A stretch of 62,984 nt of DNA, the filler included, from Stramenopiles sp. TOSAG23-3 (Eukaryota), in assembly GCA_900128585.1 (NCBI GenBank). It is 10 parts of 10 records of this genome, joined end to end, with 100 filler letters (N's around TTAATTAATTAA, not from the genome) between each part and the next. Parts side by side here need not be neighbours in the genome. Positions count along the whole stretch, not along the records: positions 1 to 10,742 come from LT642791.1; 9 more parts are not named here. The stretch is one strand, 5' to 3'. Within the stretch, counting starts at the first letter, position 1; each line of letters opens with the position of its first letter. The position numbers and the translations under genes were made by a program. The notes under the pieces are model-generated. The model had not been told where the DNA came from, did no database searches, and saw only the letters and a list, made by a program, of their open reading frames with translations. Positions 1 to 8,190 of the stretch are shown piece by piece.

Positions 1-257
1 TCCCATATAACCCATTGAAAAGTTTTTCTCACTCACGCACAGCTCCCAGAAAATCCCAACTCCCAACAATCCCATCTGGTCTGGCCACACCCTAGTACAC
101 ACATAGTACACACCGTTATCCCGCCACCCGTCGGCTCCCATCTACTGACATACCAAATAATTAAAAACCATTACGAAATACATATAGAATAATAAAAACC
201 AACTAAAAACATTCTATAATCAAGAACAAAACAACTACCACACCCAATTCATTCACC

Positions 258-1211
258 ATGTCGCTCAAACGCTCCATCTCCGAAGTATTCTACCCCCAAC
301 AAGTCGCACTCGATTTGCGCAACCAAGACCCTGAGGCCAAACGCGCCCGCATCGTGGACCATAACAACGTTATCGACCTGTCCCGCTCGCAATCAATGGA
401 AGTGCCTACGTCATTGCCGTCACAGAAAGAGAAATCAACTACGGAAGCCCCCGCGACTCCAGAGCGCAAAGAAATCCAACCGCAATGCCCGTCCGCTCCA
501 CGCAAAGTGCACAAAGAAATCGATTGGGACGAGTTTGCTAAGACTCACACACCCGCGGAAGTCTTAAAGGCGTACAGCGAGACACACGTTATCGAAGACC
601 ACGTACTCGAGACTGAAAATGTCGGAAACGACGTTGTAGTCACCGGTGAAAAGGAAGTCATTGTCGTGCCCATGATCCCATTTACTCAAGTGGAAGACGA
701 CGATCCAGTGGATCAAGATGAGCTCGTGATTGAAGAGACTCCAACTCAAGCTGTCGAAACTCAAGCTGTCGAAACTCAAGTTGAAGCCACTCAGCCACTT
801 GAAACTCAATCCACTGCTACTCAAGTTGATGATCCTGAGCCGATTATCACCGATCAACAGGTCGAGACCACGCAACAGCTGGAGACCATTGTCGAAGAAC
901 CTGAAGAGGAGGAAGAAGGCAAGCCCAAATGGACTCCAGAACGGTTCGAAGAAGCCTATAACGGCGGTGAAGACCTATTTTTTCGCTATGAAACGATGGA
1001 CCCCAACATGCCCCAATTCACTCACAGTGGCGTCTGGAATGGTTTGAGCAGCCTTGAACTGGAGAACATGGACATGTTCATGACGAACCTTCGCGAACAG
1101 TTCCTCAGCATTCCAATCTCCAAAGAACATGGGATCACCATGGCGCACTTCGAAGACGAGTCGGTTCGCATTGTTGGCTGGGCGATTTCGGACTCTATGA
1201 TAAATTTCTAA
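258..1211 (+). CDS. Acidic, largely disordered protein with NLS-like AKRAR, TP..CPSAPRK motif and TQ-rich repeats
   Basis: 317-aa ORF with A/C-rich leader; motifs read from translation. Confidence 0.85.
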   Translation: MSLKRSISEVFYPQQVALDLRNQDPEAKRARIVDHNNVIDLSRSQSMEVPTSLPSQKEKSTTEAPATPERKEIQPQCPSAPRKVHKEIDWDEFAKTHTPAEVLKAYSETHVIEDHVLETENVGNDVVVTGEKEVIVVPMIPFTQVEDDDPVDQDELVIEETPTQAVETQAVETQVEATQPLETQSTATQVDDPEPIITDQQVETTQQLETIVEEPEEEEEGKPKWTPERFEEAYNGGEDLFFRYETMDPNMPQFTHSGVWNGLSSLELENMDMFMTNLREQFLSIPISKEHGITMAHFEDESVRIVGWAISDSMINF

Positions 1212-1235
1212 GCTATATTTTTTTTTGATGTCAAT

Positions 1236-1266
1236 GGTCCTCAGATACGACCTTAAACTGTCTGGG
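1236..1266 (+). ncRNA. Predicted H-type pseudoknot (copy 1) heading a structured ~500-nt non-coding tract
   Basis: GGTC-CTCAGATAC-GACC-TTAAAC-TGTCTGGG: S1 GGTC/GACC, S2 CTCAGATA/TGTCTGGG; same layout as 7106-7131(-). Confidence 0.6.
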
Positions 1267-1739
1267 GTAGTTTGCCATACTGCCCTGCTTGTGTAAATCT
1301 ACAAATGGAGACATTCGACTAATGATGGCTGATAAAAGTGCTTTTTGATATTCGCTAAATAGGCACGGCTTAGGTCCTTTGTGACAGTGGGAGAGTTCTC
1401 CAGCTCTATTGCACGATTGTTTGCCCACTTAAAAATAATAGAGAAACGTGTGCGGATCGGCTCCTTTCCTTCTTGAGTTAAGAAGGACAACCGTGATACG
1501 GTACATAGGGATTCGTAAAAATTAACTCACTACTTACCACCGAACAAAAAAGCTGACACAACAGCTGAAACAAATGGAAAAAAAACAACGAGAAAGTAAA
1601 CGATTGCATATACGAAGGATACAGAATAAGAAGAAAAAAAGAAGAAGCAAGCGCAAACAACGCAATGAAAAACGAACAAAGGAGGGCTTACAAGGTAAAC
1701 CATTGAATAACCTTATCGCATTGTTGGCTGGGCGGTTGC

Positions 1740-1852
1740 CTAAGCGTTTAACGTTCTTTCCATTCCGAACAGGTTAACTAAGGTTAACACATGAAGCGTA
1801 ATGCTATCATTATATACATAAACTCATTATCCTATACTTTCCTTAATTAATT
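1740..1852. repeat. 113-bp dispersed element, copy 1
   Basis: Starts with invariant CTAAGCGTTTAACGTTCTTT; colinear with 1908-2019 and 5067-5179. Confidence 0.9.
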
Positions 1853-1907
1853 ATTATACCTCTATTTAGCTTTGATGTACTTTCCTTATCTCTTACTAGC
1901 CTGAATT

Positions 1908-2019
1908 CTAAGCGTTTAACGTTCTTTCCATTTTGATCGGCTAATCTAAGGTAAATACTTCATACGTAATGCTATTATTATATTGATAAAATCATTGGTA
2001 TTAAAATACCTTATTATTT
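1908..2019. repeat. 113-bp dispersed element, copy 2
   Basis: Same 20-nt head and shared blocks CTAAGGT, GTAAT, ATAAA-TCATT, CCTTA. Confidence 0.9.
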
Positions 2020-2049
2020 CGTTACGAATATACTCTCAATGTACTTCAC

Positions 2050-2505
2050 TTACGAACGGTAGACATTGCGCTTGCCATTCTCCCACTCGTTATCGACGTC
2101 CCAACCGCATTCTTTTAATGCTGTGTAATGTTGCTTGAGGACGGACCGTGGAAAATAGTGGTGCATTTTGTTGATAATCTTCTCAGGATTGAAGCGAATT
2201 ACCACTTCTTGATCCAAGTCATCGTCATCGGGAATTTCCGTGAGATCTTCGCCATCTTCATCTTCCAATATCACGTACTTTTTCTTGATTCCGGGCAAGA
2301 GCTTTTTGCGAATAAAATCACCGTTGTTAGTAGAGCATTGATCGAATGCTCCTTCGTAGAAGACTCCATCTTCCTCCTGTGCGCCCGGAAACTCATTGTC
2401 CTCCCAGTTCTTGAACCAGAACATAAATAGATTCCGGTTCGCCCTCTTCCTCAGGACCTTTTTGCTTGGCGCGGCTTGTTTCGTTTGTCTTGTCGTGTGC
2501 GGCAT
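2050..2505 (-). CDS. Hypothetical protein (basic N-terminus, acidic middle)
   Basis: 151-aa ATG ORF with A/C-rich leader. Confidence 0.75.
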   Translation of the reverse strand: MPHTTRQTKQAAPSKKVLRKRANRNLFMFWFKNWEDNEFPGAQEEDGVFYEGAFDQCSTNNGDFIRKKLLPGIKKKYVILEDEDGEDLTEIPDDDDLDQEVVIRFNPEKIINKMHHYFPRSVLKQHYTALKECGWDVDNEWENGKRNVYRS

Positions 2506-2583
2506 CGTGTAGTTGATTTTCGTTTGGTATTGGCTTTCTTTTGTAATTTGTATTGTTTGGTTTACTTTACTTTTATTATGTTA

Positions 2584-3135
2584 TTAATTTGCTTTTATTA
2601 CTTTTAGTACAAGGTCTTCCAGCACGCTTCCAACTTGTCGGTGTGTGCTCTTGCGTTTGCGTTTATAAGCCACTACGTGAGAGGAGTGGCCTCGTTTTCT
2701 TTTTCTTATTGGAAATTGTGGCGGCGTGGGTGGAGTTGGAAATTGTGGCTCAGGTGGACCCATTGGTGCTGCCACTGGTAAATCAGGTATTGTGTTCGTT
2801 AGCCCTGTCAGCCCTATCATAGTTATACTCTCCGAGCGATCGATAGGCTTAAGGACAATGGTTACCTCCCTCTTGGCTAGTATTACCTTTATGGTGACTT
2901 CTTTCTCCAGTTCCATTCTCAAATCCTTCATCGCATTGAGAAATATGGCCGGAAATTGTTCGTTCAGTGCGTAGCCTACGTCCTCCTTGAAGTCCTGTGC
3001 GTCCATTATGTGTCTATATAAATCGCCCGCATTGGTAATTAGCACAAGGTGTAGTTCCTTTCCTTTGAGAAATACAATAAGCCTTCCCTCTGCAACAGGG
3101 TAGAGAACCGGCAAATACGTTTCTAAGTTATTCAT
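2584..3135 (-). CDS. Hypothetical protein with Pro-rich linker and basic C-terminal tail
   Basis: 183-aa ATG ORF, RKRKR clusters. Confidence 0.75.
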   Translation of the reverse strand: MNNLETYLPVLYPVAEGRLIVFLKGKELHLVLITNAGDLYRHIMDAQDFKEDVGYALNEQFPAIFLNAMKDLRMELEKEVTIKVILAKREVTIVLKPIDRSESITMIGLTGLTNTIPDLPVAAPMGPPEPQFPTPPTPPQFPIRKRKRGHSSHVVAYKRKRKSTHRQVGSVLEDLVLKVIKAN

Positions 3136-3153
3136 AGTTGTTATTCTTTACTA

Positions 3154-3777
3154 TTATGCTTTGTTTATCCATTTATTTCCATTCCATTCGCGATTGTATA
3201 TTATTTTATCCTTTTTACTCATGTTCTCGGTACCCCACATGGGCTGGAGGTTGGTGTAATGAAAACATCGTCTCTGCTGTTCGGGACAGCTCAAGTCGAA
3301 GGAGGCACATGGCATCATGTGATCAACGTGCCATTTCCCTTGGTTCTCCCATGTCATTCCGGGCTGGAATTGCTTTTTCATATGATCCATTAAATGGGGA
3401 ATGCTACAGCCCACTAACTTCATGGTTCGAGCGCTCTTACTTTTGCCTTTGAGTGCTTTGAGTAAACGGGAGCTTAAATTACACCGAAGTTTGTACTGTG
3501 GATCGGTCTTTCTACGTTCCCTTTGCCACGCATTTTTTCGTTTCTTGACTTCCGGGCGTTGGCTGCTCTTCCTGTCAGATGCACGTATTTTCTCACGGTT
3601 GTTTTGTTTCCATTTCCTGCTATATGCATTGTGTTTCTCCGGGTTGTCTTTGCGGTACTTCTTTCTAGATGCACAACGACACACTTTGCATCGGTATTGG
3701 AGTCCATCGGGTGCTCTGGATAGCTTGCTAAACTCCGTGAGCTCTTTGCTCTGGTTGCATCCGGTACAGGTCTTCAT
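3154..3777 (-). CDS. HNH/endonuclease VII-like free-standing homing-type endonuclease with N-terminal Zn finger
   Basis: CxxC..CxxC N-terminus; GMTWEN..WHVDH..PCASFDL..CFHYTNLQPMW..EN..K C-terminal nuclease motif. Confidence 0.85.
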   Translation of the reverse strand: MKTCTGCNQSKELTEFSKLSRAPDGLQYRCKVCRCASRKKYRKDNPEKHNAYSRKWKQNNREKIRASDRKSSQRPEVKKRKNAWQRERRKTDPQYKLRCNLSSRLLKALKGKSKSARTMKLVGCSIPHLMDHMKKQFQPGMTWENQGKWHVDHMMPCASFDLSCPEQQRRCFHYTNLQPMWGTENMSKKDKIIYNREWNGNKWINKA

Positions 3778-3932
3778 TTTGATGACAATTGTGGCTATAA
3801 ATACTCTTGTTTAATTTCTGGCTAGCCGTTTTACAATTCCCAATGGCATCGGATAGTTCTAGCCACAATTTTTGATACTTTATTGATTCAATTCCATTAT
3901 TATAATAGTATAGTATTATAATATTAGACCAA

Positions 3933-4022
3933 CATCCCAACAATCCCATCCTCCCAACAATCCCATTTGGTACACAGCATCGTACTATACTATGGTACTA
4001 TATCCCTCCATCTTCCAGTCGG
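3933..4022 (+). promoter_or_regulatory. TCCCAACAATCCCAT upstream module (related copies at 54-135 and 7226-7290)
   Basis: TCCCAACAATCCCAT twice here and once at 61-75; each cluster lies ~170-370 nt upstream of a plus-strand ORF; function inferred. Confidence 0.55.
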
Positions 4023-4131
4023 CCATAAAATTGTTTGTACAGTATTTAATGTTCTAGTTAAATAATAACAATCAAACCATAAAAAGTATATGTAAAGAAT
4101 CTACAAAACAAACTACAAATCACTATTAATC

Positions 4132-5070
4132 ATGCAAGCTACTACTATTCTAGTTGCTACCATCTGGAAGCTCATGGGCTACCGAGACGATACTGACGAG
4201 CGTATGAGTAAGGAAATGCTCTTTCGTATCGCTAAGGATGATGAACTGGAAGCGGCAATGGCACAGGGTTTTCTACTCATTGACTCTGATTTACATCGTA
4301 GATATGTGACCTTTGATGTCGTTAAATCACTGGCAGATAAAGCCATGTTGGACACCGAACTGAACTTGCCCAAGCTCTGTAAAGCCATCTTGGACCTTGA
4401 TTGTTTTGAACACGAAGAGTTTATCAAACAGGCCCTCGATCTTCAGGACTATGGCGACAAGTACTGTTCGCACTGGGATTTCCCGGTGATTGAAGCGAAC
4501 AAAGAGACAAAGATACCAGCCGGACCGGAGGAAATGAAGCAGCTGTTTGATCAGTGCTTTACGATATTGAAGACGATGAACTTCCATGCGAACTTTTTTA
4601 GTATTGACAAGCGCAGATCACTCACCAAGATGGCAACGAAACTTGAGATCTTCAAAGACCACAGGCCTTCCATCGGCAACTCCATTCGAGTTCGTATCGA
4701 TGTGGCTAAGCTCCAGACCATTGGGCAAGCGTGTGAAAGACACGACAGTGTGGCAACCATGGCGTTACATTGTAACGAAATACTCAGTGATTACGGCTCT
4801 GATACGGATACGGACGAAGAGGAAGAGTGGGCAACCGGTCCTACAGGTCCGTTGTGGCATTCTGAAGGTCGGCATAGAGCTGGAAACCGCTGTTCCGCAT
4901 GCGACACCTACTGTGGCGTTGCTGAGACGTGTGAGCGATGCATGCAAGGCCCTGAAACACTGGCTGTAAGTGATTCTGGGTCCGATACAGATACCGACGA
5001 GGACGAACTCATGCCAAATCAAGAACACAACGAACTCTACCATCGGCCATTGAAACGAATGAGGGTCTAA
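4132..5070 (+). CDS. Hypothetical protein with duplicated SDTDTDE motif flanking a CxxC..CxxC cluster and C-terminal NLS-like RPLKRMRV
   Basis: 312-aa ORF; its TAA stop lies in the head of the 113-bp element. Confidence 0.85.
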   Translation: MQATTILVATIWKLMGYRDDTDERMSKEMLFRIAKDDELEAAMAQGFLLIDSDLHRRYVTFDVVKSLADKAMLDTELNLPKLCKAILDLDCFEHEEFIKQALDLQDYGDKYCSHWDFPVIEANKETKIPAGPEEMKQLFDQCFTILKTMNFHANFFSIDKRRSLTKMATKLEIFKDHRPSIGNSIRVRIDVAKLQTIGQACERHDSVATMALHCNEILSDYGSDTDTDEEEEWATGPTGPLWHSEGRHRAGNRCSACDTYCGVAETCERCMQGPETLAVSDSGSDTDTDEDELMPNQEHNELYHRPLKRMRV

Positions 5071-5179
5071 GCGTTTAACGTTCTTTTCTGATCGAACAGT
5101 TTATCTAAGGTTAATACTTCAAGTGTAATACTATTATTATGTACATAAAATCATTAATCTTAATATTCCTTAATAATTT
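5067..5179. repeat. 113-bp dispersed element, copy 3
   Basis: Aligns to copies 1 and 2; lies between convergent ORFs. Confidence 0.9.
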
Positions 5180-5204
5180 ACTATTATTATGGTCTTAATG
5201 TTAT

Positions 5205-5621
5205 TTACAACTTCAGATCTCTTGGATTCGTCGTTGCTTGCCCACTGACCGCGTTTCTATCTACCTTTTTGCTGGACAATTGAAATAGTATCCTATTATC
5301 AGGAGGCTTTTCCCCAAATTCACCGAATTTCTTAAAAATTTCTCCCATAGTATCTGTCAGTTTTACTGGCACGCCATTTCCATTTACATCCACCAAGTAG
5401 TCGTAGGTTTTTCCACTCATCTCTTTCCTCCATTGTTCGTTACTTTCTATTATGTAATCAATACATCTTTGTAATGTGACGGTAGTATAAAACTTCGTTG
5501 GCAATACGTATTTATCTGTTAATTTTACTGGTATTTCCATCACAGGGTCCATGCGTACATTCCTGAATTCATTTGGAAATACTATTTGAAAACGTAGGAT
5601 AAATACTTTCACCATATACAT
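5205..5621 (-). CDS. Hypothetical protein (PVKLTD twice; ends DLKL)
   Basis: 138-aa ORF preceded by TATATATAAAA. Confidence 0.7.
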   Translation of the reverse strand: MYMVKVFILRFQIVFPNEFRNVRMDPVMEIPVKLTDKYVLPTKFYTTVTLQRCIDYIIESNEQWRKEMSGKTYDYLVDVNGNGVPVKLTDTMGEIFKKFGEFGEKPPDNRILFQLSSKKVDRNAVSGQATTNPRDLKL

Positions 5622-5651
5622 AATATAAACTTTTATATATACTAAATCTAT

Positions 5652-6068
5652 TTACTTAATCGCTCTACGGCACATCGCGCATTTCGGACTTACTTGAGTC
5701 TTCAAATGGTCTAGGCACGCTTTACAGTACTTGTGACCGCACCCTGTAATTGCCAGTTGTCCAGTTGGTATCTCTTCTAGGCAAATAGGGCATTCGAGCT
5801 GCTTTTTGAGTTCATTGACCATCTCCTCGATTTCTGTAGCGAGGTGCTGTGGAACGTTCTCAACCCCTTCCCCATTTTGTGGACTTGAGTGATTTTGCGC
5901 AACCAAAAGGTTAAGACTTCGGGCAGTCTGTAGCATGTTCATAAGCGTGTGATGGTGGTCATTGCACTCGCCAAAATACTTCCCCCATGCGTACTTACGA
6001 GCACGTTCTTTGCGGTCAATTATTCGTTGCGCGATAACAGGGATGGGAACTCGGTTGGTTCGTGGCAT
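5652..6068 (-). CDS. C3HC4 RING finger protein (putative E3 ubiquitin ligase)
   Basis: CPIC..CGHKYCKAC..CAMCR. Confidence 0.9.
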   Translation of the reverse strand: MPRTNRVPIPVIAQRIIDRKERARKYAWGKYFGECNDHHHTLMNMLQTARSLNLLVAQNHSSPQNGEGVENVPQHLATEIEEMVNELKKQLECPICLEEIPTGQLAITGCGHKYCKACLDHLKTQVSPKCAMCRRAIK

Positions 6069-6107
6069 AGTTGTTTTTAGATTGCTTTTAGAATGTTTTT
6101 AGTTTTA

Positions 6108-6284
6108 CTAAGTTATTACTGTGCCTTTTTGTTTTCCACACCATCCGCATAATCTAAAACATATTATAGTTTTTGCACAATCGTTACATAAAATGTAAAA
6201 CCATCCTGACATTTTAGCGGGCTCCAGAGGAGTAAAGTTTTCACGAGGAGTTCTGTCCATTTTTATTTGATACACTTCCGTCAT
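6108..6284 (-). CDS. Small Cys-rich protein (58 aa, not in ORF track)
   Basis: Manual translation MTEVYQ..LCNDC..LCGWCGKQKGTVIT*; CxxC..CxxC. Confidence 0.5.
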   Translation of the reverse strand: MTEVYQIKMDRTPRENFTPLEPAKMSGWFYILCNDCAKTIICFRLCGWCGKQKGTVIT

Positions 6285-6345
6285 TTATAGCCATAAAAAA
6301 ATGACCTCCACTACACATTTTTAACACATTTGTGTACAAGGGCGA

Positions 6346-6417
6346 TTACATCGACTGGAGTCGAACCAGCTACCTCCGCGTTATGAATGCGGTGCTCTGC
6401 CGTTGAGCTACGATGTA
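6346..6417 (-). tRNA. tRNA-Met (CAT), elongator-type, no encoded CCA
   Basis: TACATCG/CGATGTA acceptor stem, GCTC/GAGC D stem, loop TTCATAA, GGTTCGACTCC T arm. Confidence 0.9.
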
Positions 6418-6691
6418 TGAAGAGAAAGCGAACACTGTAAGAGGGTGGGATAGGAGTGGGGTTTTTGGGCATTTACCATTACCAGCGGAGAGACATTTGA
6501 AAGAACTATTTTGCATAGTAGTCCTACAGAGTCACGACCTCTATTACTCTTTAAGCTTCACGCTAACGTCATTGGTATTGGTATTCCAACAAACCTTATT
6601 ACTCGCATAACCTATATGATTATACATTTTTATGTACTTCCTATCTCCGGTATTAGATGAGAGATAAAGTAACACTGTTCTAGGCTCTTTT

Positions 6692-6741
6692 TGGTGGTAC
6701 GTACTGGAATCAAACCAGTATTTCAGTTATCAAACCATACC
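6692..6741 (-). ncRNA. 50-nt anticodon-less tRNA-like minihelix ending in ACCA
   Basis: GGTATGG-15nt-ACTGG TTTGATT CCAGT-ACGTACC-A-CCA: 6-bp acceptor-like stem plus perfect 5-bp T arm. Confidence 0.55.
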
Positions 6742-6927
6742 TTGCAGCGTTTTAAAACCTCTCCTTACTACATCCCACGCTTTCTCCTTACCGATAGTCG
6801 ATCTAATTATTTCAAGCTCTTACTGAATTGCCACTCCTTTTCCGCCGACATGGGTGCCACCCACCTATTTGTGTACGGTACTACAGATATCCTTTATAAT
6901 TTTGGCTGAAATTACTTGGGATAACCG

Positions 6928-7025
6928 GGGAATGAAGAGGAATCCAACCTCAATTGGCGGTGCATTGTAACCTACTGAAGAGGAATCCAACCTCAAATGC
7001 GGTGCCTAAGACAACAGACCATTCC
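6928..7025 (-). ncRNA. Second tRNA-like element with duplicated T arm
   Basis: GGAATGG/TCATTCC 7-bp stem enclosing two GAGG TTGGATT CCTC hairpins (21-nt exact repeat at 6933-6953 and 6976-6996). Confidence 0.45.
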
Positions 7026-7105
7026 TTCTGATCACGTTTTTACATGGTATCAGCATGTATTTCTTATTATTGTTAAGGGTTTTTTTTTTTGCTGTGAGTG
7101 ATCGA

Positions 7106-7131
7106 GGCAGTTTAAAGTCGTACCAAGGACC
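7106..7131 (-). ncRNA. Predicted H-type pseudoknot (copy 2)
   Basis: GGTC-CTTGGTAC-GACT-TTAAAC-TGCC: S1 GGTC/GACT, S2 GGTA/TGCC. Confidence 0.55.
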
Positions 7132-7225
7132 TTGGACCTCGCCGCGCTCCATTCATTTACTCATAACTTTGACATATATAGTCCATTTTTATTTTTGATG
7201 TCCATTTAGAAATTGTATTAAAACT

Positions 7226-7287
7226 GTACATCCCATTTGGTACATCCCATTTGGTACATCCCATTTGGTACATCCCATTTGGTACAT
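7226..7287. repeat. Tandem 14-mer GTACATCCCATTTG x4
   Basis: Four perfect units read directly; ATCCCATTTGGTAC also at 3960-3973. Confidence 0.95.
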
Positions 7288-7493
7288 ACATGGATACAGC
7301 ATTAAGATGGGATTAATTGGGATTTTTATGGATAGAAATTATATTAGTCGAAAATAACATACGAATAGCAGCCGCATGGGTCATTTTTTAATCATTATTT
7401 GAATTACCATAGGGACAGCATGAAAATAACAAATCTTATTTTTTTTAATTTAAATTTAAATGCCCGTCGGGGGTCCTAACACATCCCGGTACC

Positions 7494-7573
7494 ACTAAAC
7501 CAAAACTAAACCAAAACTAAACCAAAACTAAACCAAAACTAAAAGTAAACTAAACCAAAACTAAAAGTAAACC
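7494..7573. repeat. Tandem 11-mer ACTAAACCAAA array in the leader of ORF 7594
   Basis: About four perfect units plus degenerate copies. Confidence 0.9.
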
Positions 7574-7593
7574 GAAAACACCGATATATTATT

Positions 7594-8190
7594 ATGGTGC
7601 GCACAAAAAAATGCAAACGACTAAGCAGCGAAGGGGGGCGAATGTTACCACCAAGACCGAAGACGATCAAAGACCTGCAAGAGGAGGCAGACGATATGAA
7701 GTACAACCTCAAACTCGTAACAGATCAGATCAATGCGATGCAAAAAGCGGAAAGAGTACCACAAGACGGTGATATTTGGTGTCGCAAAGACAACTCAAAG
7801 GAGCGTTACTTCGTCATTCCCACACCCGGTGGGGTCGAAATGAAAAAGGGAGGCGCATTAAACTCGTTTACGGTTTCAAGGAAACAATTCGAAAAGCACT
7901 ACACGCTCGCTGTGCGTGGCAAAAACCTTATGACAGAGGGGAAGATCACCATCAAAGAGTGTACCTTTGCCGAATGGTACGGGGGCAACGTAAACACCTT
8001 GTGGATTCAGGAAGCGGAGAAGGTTCGGATTTACATGGTAGAAGGGGAAGACGATCTCTCTCTGGAAGACGATACGCATTGGGAAGAATACAAAGCAAAC
8101 TACTTGTATTTCGGGAACCCGAAATATGGCGAGATCGCACCCGGGGAACTACGAAATATCAGTAAAGACTGGGACATTCAGGTATCTTAA
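7594..8190 (+). CDS. Hypothetical protein
   Basis: 198-aa ATG ORF with basic N-terminus and short coiled coil. Confidence 0.8.
   Translation: MVRTKKCKRLSSEGGRMLPPRPKTIKDLQEEADDMKYNLKLVTDQINAMQKAERVPQDGDIWCRKDNSKERYFVIPTPGGVEMKKGGALNSFTVSRKQFEKHYTLAVRGKNLMTEGKITIKECTFAEWYGGNVNTLWIQEAEKVRIYMVEGEDDLSLEDDTHWEEYKANYLYFGNPKYGEIAPGELRNISKDWDIQVS

Noticed and set aside
1250-1520. Group I intron (AAACTGTCTGG resembles the P element)
   Set aside because: No convincing Q, R, S or P7 pairing, and no interrupted host gene
1574-1777. 67-aa Lys/Arg-rich ORF
   Set aside because: Arises from an A-rich tract and runs out of frame through the duplicated gene end and the 113-bp element; probably spurious, though not excluded
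1740-2019. Repeat-spacer-repeat as a CRISPR-like array
   Set aside because: Repeats are 113 bp and diverged, only two are adjacent, and no cas-like gene is present
6692-7124. tmRNA (GGTACGA could pair with ACGTACC-ACCA)
   Set aside because: No G3-U70 alanine identity, no evident tag ORF, and GGTAC is better explained by the pseudoknot; still worth an ARAGORN run
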